This document shows, one piece after another, positions 1 through 14,319 of a stretch of 64,000 nucleotides of DNA. Positions within the stretch are counted from its first letter, which is position 1. Each line of letters opens with the position of its first letter. The notes under the pieces were generated by a model. The model was given only the letters and a program-made list of their open reading frames with translations. It did no database searches and was not told where the DNA came from. The position numbers and the translations under genes are program-made. Location of the stretch: NCBI RefSeq assembly GCF_009914755.1, contig NC_060936.1; one strand, written 5' to 3'. Source of the DNA: the human T2T-CHM13v2.0 reference genome, Homo sapiens.

Positions 1-668
1 AAAGCAAGTTGGTGATCCCTAACCATATTCATATCTGTATGACTTCAAGTACATGTTCATTTTACTATAGGACAATTAATCTTCCGTGATATAAGACAGA
101 CCTTGACTGAACTGAAATACTGAAATGTCCTAAAGGATTAAAAGTAACTGTAGGTTGTAATAGGTAAGTTTTGTTGATCAAAAGTTTTTTCAGGCTTATT
201 ATATGCTTTTTTGAACTAAATTTGATAAACCTAAATCTTGCTCTAATTAATCACTCATCACTCTACCTGTGGAAAATATAGGAATTATTCAGTATGTCTT
301 GTTTAAGTGAAATTGCTAAATTTCAAATTAGTTAGAGTCTAAATTTGTTTCTTTGCAAAAACATAATACAGTGATTGGGTCAGTAGTGGTAGTCAGAGTT
401 GGTAAGAGGAGAAGGTAAAAATTTGAACTCCTAAATCTCAGTACCACCTCCTCTTCCTCAATACTGTTTGATATTTAAAGCTACTTTCTAATCATATGCA
501 AACAGAGTTAAAGGCAAGTTCCCCTATCTACCCTTTTCAATGTGACTCCTGGCCCCTTCCTATACTCTAGTACTTTTGTTAAATATTATTTTCCCCTAAA
601 GAAATTTACCTTTGGCTTTTAATATAGGATCAATGGTCTCAATACTCTAAGGTATCCAATTTCCTTTA

Positions 669-788
<120 letters not shown>

Positions 789-1464
789 CTAAAACAAAAG
801 AAAAATAGAGATGATGACTATGCTACTAATATATGTTTTGTATGCTCAAATAATGGGAAAACACACACCATTGGAAATATGCAACCATAAAGTATATATG
901 GGTATTGCTGAGGCTTCCTGCCTTCACAAATATGAATGAAATTAGTGAAATAGCAAGGCAAAGTAAAAAACAAATGAACATTTGGATAAGAGCAAGAGAG
1001 AAAGAAGTGATAGTAATTAATGAGCACCTTGGTCCAATAGAGTTGTCGATGATGCCATCTTAATTCAGTTCTAAAGCTATTATAGGGTGAATTTAATTAT
1101 CTTCACCTCACATTATTTTGCTAAAACTAAAGACTCACTAAATTTCTGATGTACTATTTAAACTTATGCAGAAAGTAGAACGTATAACAAAAGCAACTGC
1201 AATAATAAACTTAATTCTTTACGTATACTTGGGCTATTTCCTGAAAACTGAAAATACTTGTATCCAAACCAAATAAAATAATTTTTACATTTATTAGACT
1301 ATTTAATTTTTTTTTAAATGGCCAATTTAGTCTTCTTCATCATAGCTGTTGTCCACCTAAAAAAAAGGCACAAAAGAAAATTATCTCTAAATATGTTGAG
1401 TTATTCAAGAATAAGAAATAAAGATTATAGTCCAGATTGCATGAAATGGTAAACTACCAGTTCA

Positions 1465-1848
1465 TTCTGTGAGGAGAGGGTAGAGAGAAGCATTTAGTAG
1501 CAAAATGGGCGAGATTTACATAAACTACTTAGAAACAGAGTTTATTGGTTCTAAAGATTGAAAGCCAGAGTTGTTGCCAGTTCACTGGTAGAGATGTCAT
1601 TACTGGTCAAGTGCTCTTCCAAGAACATCTTATCTGAATTACTGCAGTCCTAAGGAATATCTAGCCATAAACCTTATAAAAGCAGGAGATGACTGAAGAC
1701 AGTCTCTAGCTGGGAGTTTTCAGAAAGTCCTTAGAAACAGTATTTATTTCAGACACGTAAGCATGAGCCTCCTCTCCTTTAGGCTTTCCTGGCTCTATTT
1801 TGTCTGGGTCTGACAAAAGTGATTTCCTGCTGGTAACTGCAACTTTTA
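1465..1848 (-). mobile_element. ERV1 solo LTR, LTR37-like
   Basis: Minus strand starts TGTAAAAGTTGCAG...AAATCACTTTTGTCAGACCCAGACAAAATAG, resembling the LTR37 5' end as I recall it. Confidence 0.6.
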
Positions 1849-1882
1849 CACAGCACATATTAATATATAAGATTTAGAATTT

Positions 1883-2223
<341 letters not shown>

Positions 2224-2503
2224 TTACTAGGCAAAATATAAGTACTAATGATTTACTGTATTATTTATTTACTTTTTACTTGACCCTCAGAGATAAAAAT
2301 TATTTAATTACACATATTTTATACATCTAATACTTTAAAATATCTGACCAAAATTTTCTTCTTGAGATAAGTTATGTTTCCTAGTTTCAGAGAAAAAAAA
2401 ATTCAGAGACAAAAATGTAATCTTTACATCTATTTAGATGTTTAGATTTTTAACTTCTACATGCAATATCTCACTTAATCTTATACTAATAAGGGATTGG
2501 TAG

Positions 2504-2826
<323 letters not shown>

Positions 2827-2872
2827 ATATGAAACAATTTTTAAAATTACTGGGTATCTTAGATTAGAGTAG

Positions 2873-3213
<341 letters not shown>

Positions 3214-4649
3214 AAGACATGGAATAGCTTTTAGGCCTATAATATTTGCCCATAAGTTGACTGTGTGAATTAATTTGGTTCAGAGAAAGATATATTCATC
3301 AGAAAAATATTGGTAAATTCAGAGGAGAATAGCAAAAGTGTCACAATGGCCAAATTAGCAATACCCTTCCATGGAATGTCTAAAAGGAATGGTAGTATCT
3401 TGGTTCCAGGCCCTAATCTGTCAGATCCTATGTTCATGTATATCCTTATGATGGCGTCTATCAGGCTTTCTCATTCAGATGCCATTAATGCTTGAATTAT
3501 ATGAGGCAGAAACTTAGGAAATGTTTGTTTTACTCCCTCTACTTTCCCCCTTCATTTCCTATCCCCTGCCCACTACATTGTATAAGTAGTAGACTCTGCA
3601 TTTCCTTTGCCTATATGGAAATTTGTGACAAGAAGAAAAAAATCAAGGTTTTCTTGCAAGCCATTTCTGTTCTGGTTTTTATATCCAAAATCTGAAGCTC
3701 AGTGAGAAAATTATGCTAAGGATCCTGGAAAGAGAGAAAGATAAGATTTGAGAAGAGAGGGTTGGCCTTGGAGGAGAATAAGAAGAAAGAATAAAGTCTC
3801 TTCTTAGACTAAAAAGATTTTGAGGTGGAATCTGGAAGTCTGTGGGTTTCCAGAGCAACAGAGCATAGTCCTTGGAATCCTGGCACTGCCCTGGTAAGGT
3901 GGTAAAACCCCAGAAGGAAATCAGGGTCCATACCTAAAATGCCTGTGCCAGGGTAATATTCAAATAGTAGTAGAAATTACTATTAATAGGAAGCAACTGA
4001 TTCCTATGCCAGGTGTACCTCCCAATTGCTGTGTCACTGGGGAGGTCTGACTGCCTCAGGGAAGGAAGACTGAAGGAATGGAACTGAGGTACTGGTTATT
4101 TACCAATATTTCACAAAAGGGTTTCACTGATATGCCTGTATGGGTAAATACTAGATGAATAGCAGCCCTACCTTTGGCACTCATGGCCATTCAAAGAGCA
4201 GAGTGAGTAGACCTGAAGGGACCATGTGAGCTGGGAAAGTGAGTGTGTTTGTGGTAACTGGCATAGACTGATAACTAGTGTCCAGGGTGACTACCCAGAC
4301 TTTCAGTGCTCCATAAAAGCTGAGTATCTCTGCATTCTTCCTGGTAAGGGACAAAATGACAGCAGCTGAACTTCCCATCTGCTTGGCTGCAATTAAAATC
4401 AATTTGATTTAGAGAAAAATGTAAAGGCTATATTTCATCTGAGTGTGTGAATTGTGATCCATAACTGCCACATGTATGGTAATTGGCTCATGTCCAAGTC
4501 AGTACTCTGGAATATAATTTGCCTTTTCACGTTACAAGCCTCGAGAGAAACAGTGGGCAACCAGATGCTAGAGTCTGCCTCTTTCAGTAATTATAGTTCT
4601 CTTTTAAAAATAACAATTTGTGATCTCAATTATAAGTTACCTTTCATGG

Positions 4650-4850
4650 CAATGGTAGACACTATTATTAAAGAGGGGAGGAAAAGAGTGGGGCAAAGGT
4701 TGAAAAGTAACTGCTGGGTACTATGCTCACTCATTAGCTGGGTGACAGGATCAATCGAATTCCAAACCTCAGCATCGTGCAATATACCCATGTAACAAAC
4801 TTGCACATGTACCCTGAATATACAATAGAAGTTGAAATTATAAAAAAATA
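4650..4850 (+). mobile_element. L1 3' end fragment (L1PA/PB-like)
   Basis: gggtactatgctcac...caatatacccatgtaacaaacttgcacatgtaccctgaa plus A-rich tail. Confidence 0.85.
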
Positions 4851-5269
4851 CATACATACATAAGTTACTTTTCCGCGTGCCATGCCCACAGAGAGAAAAA
4901 TGTGCTGACTATAGATCATGTTTCTTTTTCCCTGGTAAGCTACATTCCTCATTGACTTGAATACACTTTATTCTAATTCTAGCCTTCAGATTCTTAAGTT
5001 TGGTGAATTGTAGTTCACCCTAGGAGATGGAGAGTCCTATTGACTCTGTGTTGAAAATTAAATGTCCAAATGTGCTGAGGTACAGATTCAATTCATAGAA
5101 AACGCACTAAGAAAATCCTGTCAGGAAAAGTGACTTTGTTGGAGGGAGGAGGGTGTGCTTCATTTGAATTACTCTAAGGACATACTCTACTGCAGTGCCA
5201 TGCTAATATAAATCAGTATTCATTTGTGTAACTTAGATACTTAAAAATCTAAGACAAAAATTCAAACTA

Positions 5270-5479
<210 letters not shown>

Positions 5480-6043
5480 CTATTTAAGAATAATTGCAGC
5501 AATCAAAAGTTTTTCTGAGCAGCTGTTGCCAAACCACTAGGATTCTCTGTCTCTCTCTGTCTCTCAATTTTTGACCTCATGTACCAGCTCTTACTTTTAG
5601 AAACAACCTTTCTTCCTTTTCTGACATGAAGAGAATTTCTTAAATTTCAGAAGATCGCTTTACCCTTATCCTCCTTGTCTTCTATGATAGAATAAATTTT
5701 TTTCTAAGATTTCATCTATGTCCAATGTATATTCAAACATTCATGTATTCATTCATTCATCAAAAATCTTTAGAACTTAATATGTGTGAGTTAGATGTAT
5801 ACACCCTGAATTTATTGCTAATATGATCCCTTTCAAACTATATTTTATTTTTCCCCATCTAGACTGTGAGCCCTCAGTGCTAGAGATTATATATATTTAT
5901 CCAGTCAACAGGCTGACTGTTGAATGCTTGGTGCTATGGCACAAACAGCAGAACAATAAATGCTCAACAAATAATTGTTTTAAAAAAGAAGGACGGATAA
6001 ATAAATTAAACATGTGGGAGGTGTTATGGGAGAACAGTGTAGG

Positions 6044-6246
6044 CAGTGGTGTGCTGGAGTGAGCTTGTACTGGCTCATAAAAGCCAATTGTGATATTTTC
6101 AGGAAATCTGCAAACCAACTGAATTCACTTTGACACCTTGAAATTGGCCATTGAGGAGCTGTTTAAACCATGGAAATGGGCAGATGTCATAAATCAATAT
6201 TCTCTATTCCAGAACTGGTTGTTAAACGTTTGCCGGCATACTACTG
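6044..6246. mobile_element. hAT MITE, MER63-like
   Basis: Terminal inverted repeats cagtggtgtgctgg / ccggcatactactg, about 200 bp apart. Confidence 0.75.
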
Positions 6247-6689
6247 GGAACAGAGGCACCTAAACCAGTTGGGGGAGAAGGTTAGAAGGTTTGGGCAAGG
6301 CTGCTGGAAAAGGTAACATCTGAGCATAGGCTTTATTGGTCATTGTAAATAACCAGGTTGGAATGGTGGAGCATTTCTGAGACATCCAGCAGCACAGGGT
6401 GTGTAAGAAACTCAGCTTTGTTGGCACTTACAGTTTGAGTCAGATGAGACTAAAAATGTTTGCAAGGATGACATTATAGGCACTTTGTTTTTCAGTCTTC
6501 TTCACTGAAATAAAGCTCCATGTGGATAGGAACTTTATTTTGTTTGCTCACTACCATATCCTCAGCTCTTAGGGCAATGACTGACACAGAGAAGATGCTT
6601 AGTAATATTTGCTGTACGAGTAAATAGTGGCAATGGGGAGTCACATAAGCTTTTAATAGGAAAGTTACATGGTTAAAATTGCATTTTTA

Positions 6690-6965
6690 AATTTTCTTTT
6701 TAAAGTGACAACTAATAATTGTACATATTCATGGGTGTTGTTTTGATACATACAATATATATAGTGATCAGATCAGAGTAATTAGCATGTCCGGTCATCT
6801 CAAATATGTATCATTTTTGTGTGTTGGGAATATTCAATATTCTTCTAGCTATTTGTGACTATGTAATACATTATTGTTAACTACAGTCATCCTACAGTAG
6901 TATAGAACACCAGAACTTTTTTCTTCTACCTAGCTGTAATTTTGTATCCTTTAAAAAATCTCTAC
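6690..6965 (-). mobile_element. Old L1M 3' end fragment
   Basis: taattgtacatattcatggg...tagctatttg...ctacagtcatcctacagt, typical L1MA/MB 3' UTR. Confidence 0.75.
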
Positions 6966-7078
6966 AACTGATGAAGACTTTCAGAAGGAATGCTGGACAC
7001 TTAATAAATTACAGAGAAATACTGCCACCTGCTGAATAAATTGTGTATACAACTGTTAAAAATTGAATGTCTATTTCA

Positions 7079-7180
<102 letters not shown>

Positions 7181-7269
7181 CTAAAAAAAGAAAGTCAATG
7201 CTTATTTTTTTGTAATTGCCTATACAATAGATTACATTTTCTTTACTGTATAATTATGAAGATTCTTAC

Positions 7270-7335
7270 CAAGAAAGCTCCATTAATGAGATTAAGAAAG
7301 TACTTAATAATTATTGTTTTGTTATTTCTTAACAT
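7270..7335 (-). CDS. TSPAN19: Tetraspanin-19, first coding segment (MLRNNKTIIIKYFLNLINGAFL); exon spans 7270-7362
   Basis: ATG at 7335-7333; tetraspanin N-terminal KY..L..N..F pattern; acceptor cttttcag| at 7363, donor TTG|gtaaga at 7269. Confidence 0.93.
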
Positions 7336-10300
7336 TCTTTTTCTTCCAAGATACTGATGATTCTGAAAAGACAACCATAACTTTTTAAACATTCTACACA
7401 ACAACTTTAAATATTTCTCCCTACTTATGTTCTTTATTTGCACATTTTTCTTCTCAAATCAATTATCAGTATAACATACTTCCATCTCTAAATGAAAGGA
7501 TTTATTGAAGGTATCTTGAAACTGTACCTTGCCTGCATTTTCTTTTTACTAGAGAGTATCTGTACTTAAAATAATAAATATATATCTGCAATGCTTTGAC
7601 TAGGCAATCAAGAGTAAGAAGACATTTGTATAACAAGTCAAGTAGCCTTACTGAATTTCTTGCAGTTTCAAAAAGTATAAGATATTTTGTTTTCCATCTT
7701 ACTTTATTTTTAAATTTTTATTTTAATCCTAACCATTAGATAGCCAGGAACATTTCCAGTCTTAATATACCTTGTTCCCTTGGCTGGAAAGTTTTCCTCA
7801 CTTCTGCATGCCCTTCCCCTTTCTCAGAATAATATTAGCTCCTCACTGAGGTGTTGGTTTGGGGATCTTTCTCTTAACCCAATTTGTTGCCTCTCAAATT
7901 TCTCATTGACCTGTCTTCTTCCCCACAGAGAGTCAGGGGTATTTAAGTGGCGAGAGTATGTCTTATATACCATTGTAACCTCCAGGTTTAGCACACAGCA
8001 GGTACTTGATATATATTTGTTGAATGCATGAATAGATAGATGAATTAAATTACTTAATCTATAATTTAGTTTAGTATGCAGTATATAAAAAAACTAAAGT
8101 AGCTTTCATTAAAACTTATTTTCCAGGTAGTCAATTTTCCTAAAACTTTCATGGAAAAATCAATACCTACTCCATTGGTTTTTGGTGCTGGTTTCATTAG
8201 AGATGAAAGTTTCAAATCTAATCTTGAGTATGTTCCCAGATTTTCTCTTTTCTCTTCTCACTGTTTTAATTCTAACTAGCACTATAATTTTAAACATACT
8301 GTAGTTTACAATGTTTTAATATATGTAGCGCATGATTGACATGATAGAAGCAGATTTAATAAGATTATTTTAAAGCTATTTGTCTGTCCCTAATTAGGCA
8401 GAAAGCAATTTGTTTATTGAACTGAAGGATCCTTTGAAAAGTGGAAAAAAAAGAGATGTCTACATTAGTCTATGTACTACCTTCCCTACTTTATCGTAAA
8501 CCATCTTCCTCGTAAAATCTCCCAGTGTTCTTCTCAGTTTACGGAGTCACTACAGGTTATATCTTCTACCTATGCTTTGAATTCTCTTGCTGTCATTTGT
8601 TTTTTCTACTTTCCATCCTATTGTCTTATTCTTTAATTCCTCTAATGCCTGGCATGTTTTGATGGGACGCTCAGTTGGAAAGACTGCATGATTTTTATTT
8701 CAGTTTATTTCAAAGATGCTATAAATCTACATTTTTGGTTCCAATTCTATTTACTACCACATGTGAAAAGCTCTCTCACAGCCTGAACGAGAAGATAGGC
8801 ACAAGGTCTTGGCCCCTGTCTGTGAAGAAGAAAGAGAATGGATACTAATGAACCAGAAAGCTCTGTGGTAACTCTGATGTGAAATGTTGAAGGCATGGAC
8901 TTGAGTGTTGATGTGGTAATAATTAGCATGTTAGGCAGGGTCAAGCTGCAATACTTTATCAAAGGACCCAAATATAGAAGTAAACTTTTATTTATCTCAG
9001 TTCAAAGTAGGTGATTGGTTCACTTCTAGAAAATCATGTTAGAAACTTGGAGCTAACTCTGGCCTGTTCAACATGTGGCTTCCAAATTGGCTCCAGGTGC
9101 CATCTTTTATAGCTAACAGAAAGGGAAGGGGATGAGTAAACTCAGGCAGGCATCTTTTAAGCAAGTGAGGTTGAAGTTGTACACTTCTCTTCCATTTAGA
9201 GTCCACCAGCACAGACTTGGTCCCACAGCAATACTCAGCTCCAGTTGAAGGCAACCATGTACCCAGGATAAAGAAAAGAAAATAGGGTGGTGAGGGCCAA
9301 ACAAAATGCCCACTGGTCAGAAAAGGCCAATTACAGAAGATAATTAGAAAAAAAAGAGAGCTTGGATTAAGCTTTAATATGCTTTACTGTGGAAAAGAAT
9401 CAAAGACAATCAGAAAGATTCATGTAGGATGGGAAAATAAAAGAATAATGGTAATCACTGGAAATTTAAAAATTCAGGAAAATGGTTTAGAAGAAAAATT
9501 CATAAATTCAATATTTCATGATTAAATTTGAATTGGTAAAGAATATCTGTGGGTTATGTCTCATAAGGACTATAAATGGAGTGCAGATAAATGGGTAGCA
9601 TAGGCTGTACAGACTTGAAAGTCATTCATAGAGAACCAGTGTCATGGGTGTGAATGAAAGAGAAGAGGGACTGTCTATAGATGGAAATGGGCAGAGGTTT
9701 GATGGTAGAGAATGAAATGATACAATTAAGAATTTGGAATTTTTAAAGCTGACTTTTACAGACTGAGAAGACAATCAAGGCATGATCTCATGGAAACCAA
9801 TAGAGAAAGACAGTTCTAGATCATGGTGTCATATCATGGTGTTACATGGTATAGAAGTCAAAAGGGGTGAGAACTTAGTAAGCGCAAATGTAGGCAACGT
9901 GGTAAGGAAGATGTTTATGGTAATTTCAAAACTGTGGTTCAAGGTTACAAAGTTAAAACACAACAAACTGTGCATCCAAGCAACGATTCAAAGAAGCCCA
10001 TGACTATGTTTACAAAGAATGGTAAAATGAGATGTTCATGTGTTGGCTTTTTCAGCCATAAGCTCCACATACTGGAAACAACGTCAATGAGAACAATGAC
10101 GTGCCAACACAAAGATACACAGTAAGTTAAGTGTAGTTCTTATTTAAATATTTGTAGTGTGAAAGATCTATATTTTCTTTTGCTATAAACAAAGAATTTG
10201 TTTCTAACTTAATTAAATAAGGTCCTGGTGTGGCATTTATTTTGTTCAGTTCCTGATTAGTTAATTGATGTTGAAAGCTCAACAGCAGAGATGCTATAGG

Positions 10301-11029
10301 AATGGACAACTTACAATAATTAATCTATTCATAGGTATTATTTTGCACTAGTTTAATAAACTCTAATTGCTTCTTGTTATTGTTTTTATATTCTAAGTTC
10401 CAAGAGATGGGAACACACAAATGAACAAGTAAGAGAATGTCAAGGAGTCAAATATTAAAACCTGAATTATGTGTTGAGGTGGGGACAGGAAATAAAGGAA
10501 ACAGGAAAGTTTCATAGAGAAGATGATTTTGAGATGACTCTTGAAGGAAGATTAAGAAGGTCCTAGTTAGATAAAAATGGGAGAGAGATAGGAAATATTC
10601 AAGACAGAGGGAACACTATGTTCAGAAGCTTTATAATGAGGTGTAAGGAGGCATGGATCAGAGTGGCAAGAGATGAAAGATAAGCTAAAGAAGTAGACTC
10701 AGTAAAGATTGTGACAAATCTTATATGCTTTACTAAAGATTTTTTTTTTCCTGAAGGTAATAGGGAGTCGTAATTCTGGCCTCAATGTGGAAGCCAAATT
10801 AGAAAAGACACTTAAGATAGGGGGATAATTTATAAATGGCTGTGGGAATGGAAACAGGTATCACAATATGAGAGATGTAGTAGGAAGTAGAATTGCCAGC
10901 ATTGGGATAACCAAAGAATCAAAGATGGAATGTAGTCTGTAGAAATGATGTAATTAAACTTTGAACATTATCTCATATTCTACATTGTCTCATTTAAATT
11001 GATTCCCTTTATCGTCGATATTTTGCAAA

Positions 11030-11290
11030 TGCTATTATCCCCAATATCATCAATGAGGAGAGAAAGACTCAGCAAGGCAAAATTACTTGCCAAAGGTCAC
11101 TTAGTTAATAAATGGCAGAGATGAGATTTAACTCCATTGATATAAACCACCCTCTCAATAACTTTCCCAAGCCCCAGTATCATCATCTGTAAATGCAGAT
11201 TGTAATAGTACATGCCTCAAAGAGATGTTGTGAAAATTAGATGAGATTATGTTTGTAAAGCTCTTAGCCCAGTGCCTGGCTAGATGTTAG
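11030..11290. mobile_element. MIR fragments in both orientations
   Basis: ttacttgccaaaggtcac...atggcagag and catcatctgtaaatg...gttgtgaaaattagatgag cores. Confidence 0.7.
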
Positions 11291-12498
11291 TTATCTCGTT
11301 ATGTCATAAGGCTAGAATCTCGTTATATCATATCTCAGTATAGAAATATTAAGATTATACAAGAGTCATGCATGTGAGAATGGGGAATGGGATGGAAACT
11401 GTGGGAAAGTCATAAATTCTCATTTTTCTGTGAAGTGGTTGGTCATGACAGCAGCTGGGAGGGAGCACAAAGAGAGTTAGAGAATCTGAAGGCTTGAGAC
11501 ACACTTTAAGTGGAACAAGAGAATGAGAGGCCTAAGAATACAATATGTGGTACTATGAGCTACATAGTAAATTACTTTTACTCAATAATTACGGTGCCTC
11601 AAGAAAATGAAACAAAGAAATACCTGCTCTGCAACTATTTTGAACACAACAATGATATTATGGGATATTTAAATTATATCACTGCCATATGAAGAATAAA
11701 GCAGTTGTTGAAAAATGCTCTTAAACTAAAATGATTTCACTACAACACATTTTCAAAGGAATATTAGTCTTGTCAGATAACAAAGAACAAACAGTTATCT
11801 CTCATTCTTTCATTCTCTCAATAAATATTTATTATGTACTCTCTAAAGGAAATATGCATTGTTAAGCCAATATGCTATAAATCAACCACACCTACAAATT
11901 GTTTTTAAAATTTAAATGAAATGAAGTTAACATGTTCAAAAGAAACAAAAGTCTACTCAGGTTAAAGAGTCATAGGCAAACCAACTTACTCAATCTGAAG
12001 TTACCGTTTCTAGGAATAATGCAATTAAAATGGACTTCTGCTAAATACTACATGGTTGATAAACAACAGTGTCAAGTTAAATTTACTTATAATCTACAAA
12101 TGTATTAGATAACTGCTGCCTTTTATTTTTGATTAGTTATATTCTAGCGAAATTATGACTAATTGATAAAGTTGTCCTTTCTTCCAAAGTAAAAAATCGC
12201 ATGACAATATAGGAGATCTATCACCATGAATTAATTTATCTTCAGAAAATCTTTCACTGTTTTTCTTTTTTGCTGTCAATATTTGACAAAGTAAGCTTTG
12301 AGAAGGAAAGGAACTAAGGCATTATTTCCAAAATTATTTGATTATGAAAACTAGTTATTCAAAATTAATTTTGAAATTATTAAAGGATTTATAATTTTTA
12401 GAAGTCTGGATAGTTTCACAATCAAAAATAAAACTAATCTTAAGATTCTTATGTGAACTTCAACACAATATGAAAGTCTATTTTAAATGAACAGTTTG

Positions 12499-12665
12499 AG
12501 GTTCGAACACAGTAGCTCATACCTATAATCCCAGTGCTTTGGGAGGCCAAGGCGGGAGGATTACTTGAGTACAAGAGTTGGAGGCTACAGTGAGCAATAA
12601 TTGTACCACTGCACTCCAGCCTGGGCAACAGAGGGAGACCCTGTCTCTAAAAAAACAATAAAAAA
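12499..12665 (+). mobile_element. Alu monomer (FRAM/AluJ-like)
   Basis: Single-arm Alu with A-rich tail. Confidence 0.85.
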
Positions 12666-13593
12666 TAGATAATTTCAATAGTCTATAAATCAGCAATAAA
12701 ACCAAACTTAAAAAAAAGAACAAATTCCATTTGAGCATGGACTTTGATAATGAAAATACTCTGAATTTAATTAGACCTGAAACCAAGTGTAGTTTATTTT
12801 TTAAAATCATCTTTCCTGAAAAGGAAACTAACATGTGTGCTTTTAATATGAGAAATCTATTAACGTCTCACTTTATATTATTAGTTCTTATGTTGATGCA
12901 ATTCAAGTTTATTGTTACCAGGAAATGTAGTCTATTTTTTTTCCAGAGGCTCAGTGAAATATTTGCTTTTAGCTTATTTTATAGCAGATACCTTTTACAA
13001 TTATGGCTACTTCCTTTTAGAATTTAATGCCTTATTTGCAAACTTTAAAAGAAAATTAAAGTAAAAAATATGTTATTAATTAAAATATTATTTTGTACCC
13101 TATGTATTTGCTCCACAAAAAACTTTAATAAATTAAGTTAAAATTAAATAGCATGACATAAACTTAGAAATTAAGGTTTTATATTGAAATACTGTGTGAC
13201 AATATTTTTACAGTAAAATAACTCCAGAAAATAATTTTTCAAATTTCTCACCCACATCCCTTCAGTTAGAGGTTTTTGATGGGCATTGATTGATGATTTT
13301 TTTCTTTTTTCCTTTTTCTTTTCTTTTCTTTTTTAAAAAACTGTTGTCATGGAAGGCAAACAACTTATTGACTTCTCTTCCATACTTCTATGTCCCACAA
13401 ATCACTGTTCAGGATTAAGGGTTTGTGGAATGAACACCTTATACATGGGCAAATCACCAGATGGAAATATAAATATATGTAGCTCAGAAACAATTTAAAA
13501 AATTTAAAAGTGAGATTACATCTACTTGGGTAATTATAACAAAATTTCATTTTATTAAGTATTTTCCAAAGTTACTTAAATATTAAAATCTAC

Positions 13594-13670
13594 CTGTAAA
13601 AAACCGTAAGCTCCTCATCCAGTCCCTGAAATGCTGCGTTCGTTTCAATTTAGAATCGAGATTGTTTGTC
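13594..13670 (-). other. TSPAN19: TSPAN19 non-coding exon 1 (5' boundary approximate)
   Basis: Donor ACAG|gtagat at 13593 on the minus strand, next to the CpG-containing promoter; TSS cannot be fixed from sequence. Confidence 0.65.
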
Positions 13671-13712
13671 CTTCTAGAGCACCTGTAGGGAAAAACCGGT
13701 GTCTCTTCCTTG

Positions 13713-13721
13713 TGATTGGCT
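13713..13721 (-). promoter_or_regulatory. CCAAT box (NF-Y site), tgATTGGct
   Basis: ATTGG at 13715-13719 with consensus-like flanks (AGCCAATCA on minus strand). Confidence 0.7.
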
Positions 13722-13735
13722 GTTGCCATGGATAC
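13722..13735. promoter_or_regulatory. RFX X-box GTTGCCATGGATAC
   Basis: 14-bp near-palindrome, 12/14 match to GTTGCCATGGCAAC, positioned at the promoter. Confidence 0.85.
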
Positions 13736-13740
13736 GCTTT

Positions 13741-13797
13741 GTGTAGCGGCTATGGGCGCTGTCTTACAACAAAGCCAAGGAATCTCGCTGCTGAGGG
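13741..13797 (+). other. LRRIQ1: LRRIQ1 non-coding exon 1 (5' boundary approximate)
   Basis: Donor GGG|gtgagc at 13798 immediately downstream of the X-box. Confidence 0.75.
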
Positions 13798-14319
13798 GTG
13801 AGCCGGGGTCTTAAGACTGGGATTCCCGTTGAGGGAGGTGAACAGCTGTGGGAGCTCAGGCCGAGCCGGGACTCTCTCTGCCTGGCCAGACTTCCAGCAA
13901 AGGGAGAGACCGCGGGTCAGGGGATGGCTGTGCGACTCTGCGAAGCTCGAGGCTCCCTTCCACCCTGGAGATTTCGAGAACTCATTCAAAACTTAAAGAG
14001 ATGTCTTGGCTATGTAGGGATCATTCGATGGTTACTCACTCACCGCTCCCCACAAACCAATTGACGTTATTTTCCTTCCTTCCTTCCCTTCTTGTCGCCC
14101 TCCTTTCCACCCTTTCTTTTTCTGTCTCTCTTTCTTTCTTTTTTTTTTGGTAATATATAATTTATATGAACCTTATAAAGTAGATTTCTCTCCCCTTTCT
14201 TTACAGGGGTTGAAGGGGGAGTTCCTTAAGCTTTTCTACTTTTGACAGCTTTAGTGAACTCCAAGTGATTCGTTATCAACTTAGAGCACTTTAATGTAGC
14301 CCATTTACAGTGAGACCCA

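Larger units (their letters stand above)
13670..13745. promoter_or_regulatory. Compact bidirectional promoter of TSPAN19/LRRIQ1
   Basis: Local CpG enrichment (about 13.6-14.1 kb) in an AT-rich background; lies between oppositely oriented first-exon donors; contains CCAAT box and X-box. Confidence 0.8.

Noticed and set aside
3400-4460. Possible ancient LTR or unique regulatory sequence
   Set aside because: LTR-like feel, but I could not assign family or boundaries reliably
13750-14153. Overlapping 79-101 aa ORFs at the promoter
   Set aside because: GC-rich, stop-poor sequence, mostly non-ATG starts, running through the intron 1 donor
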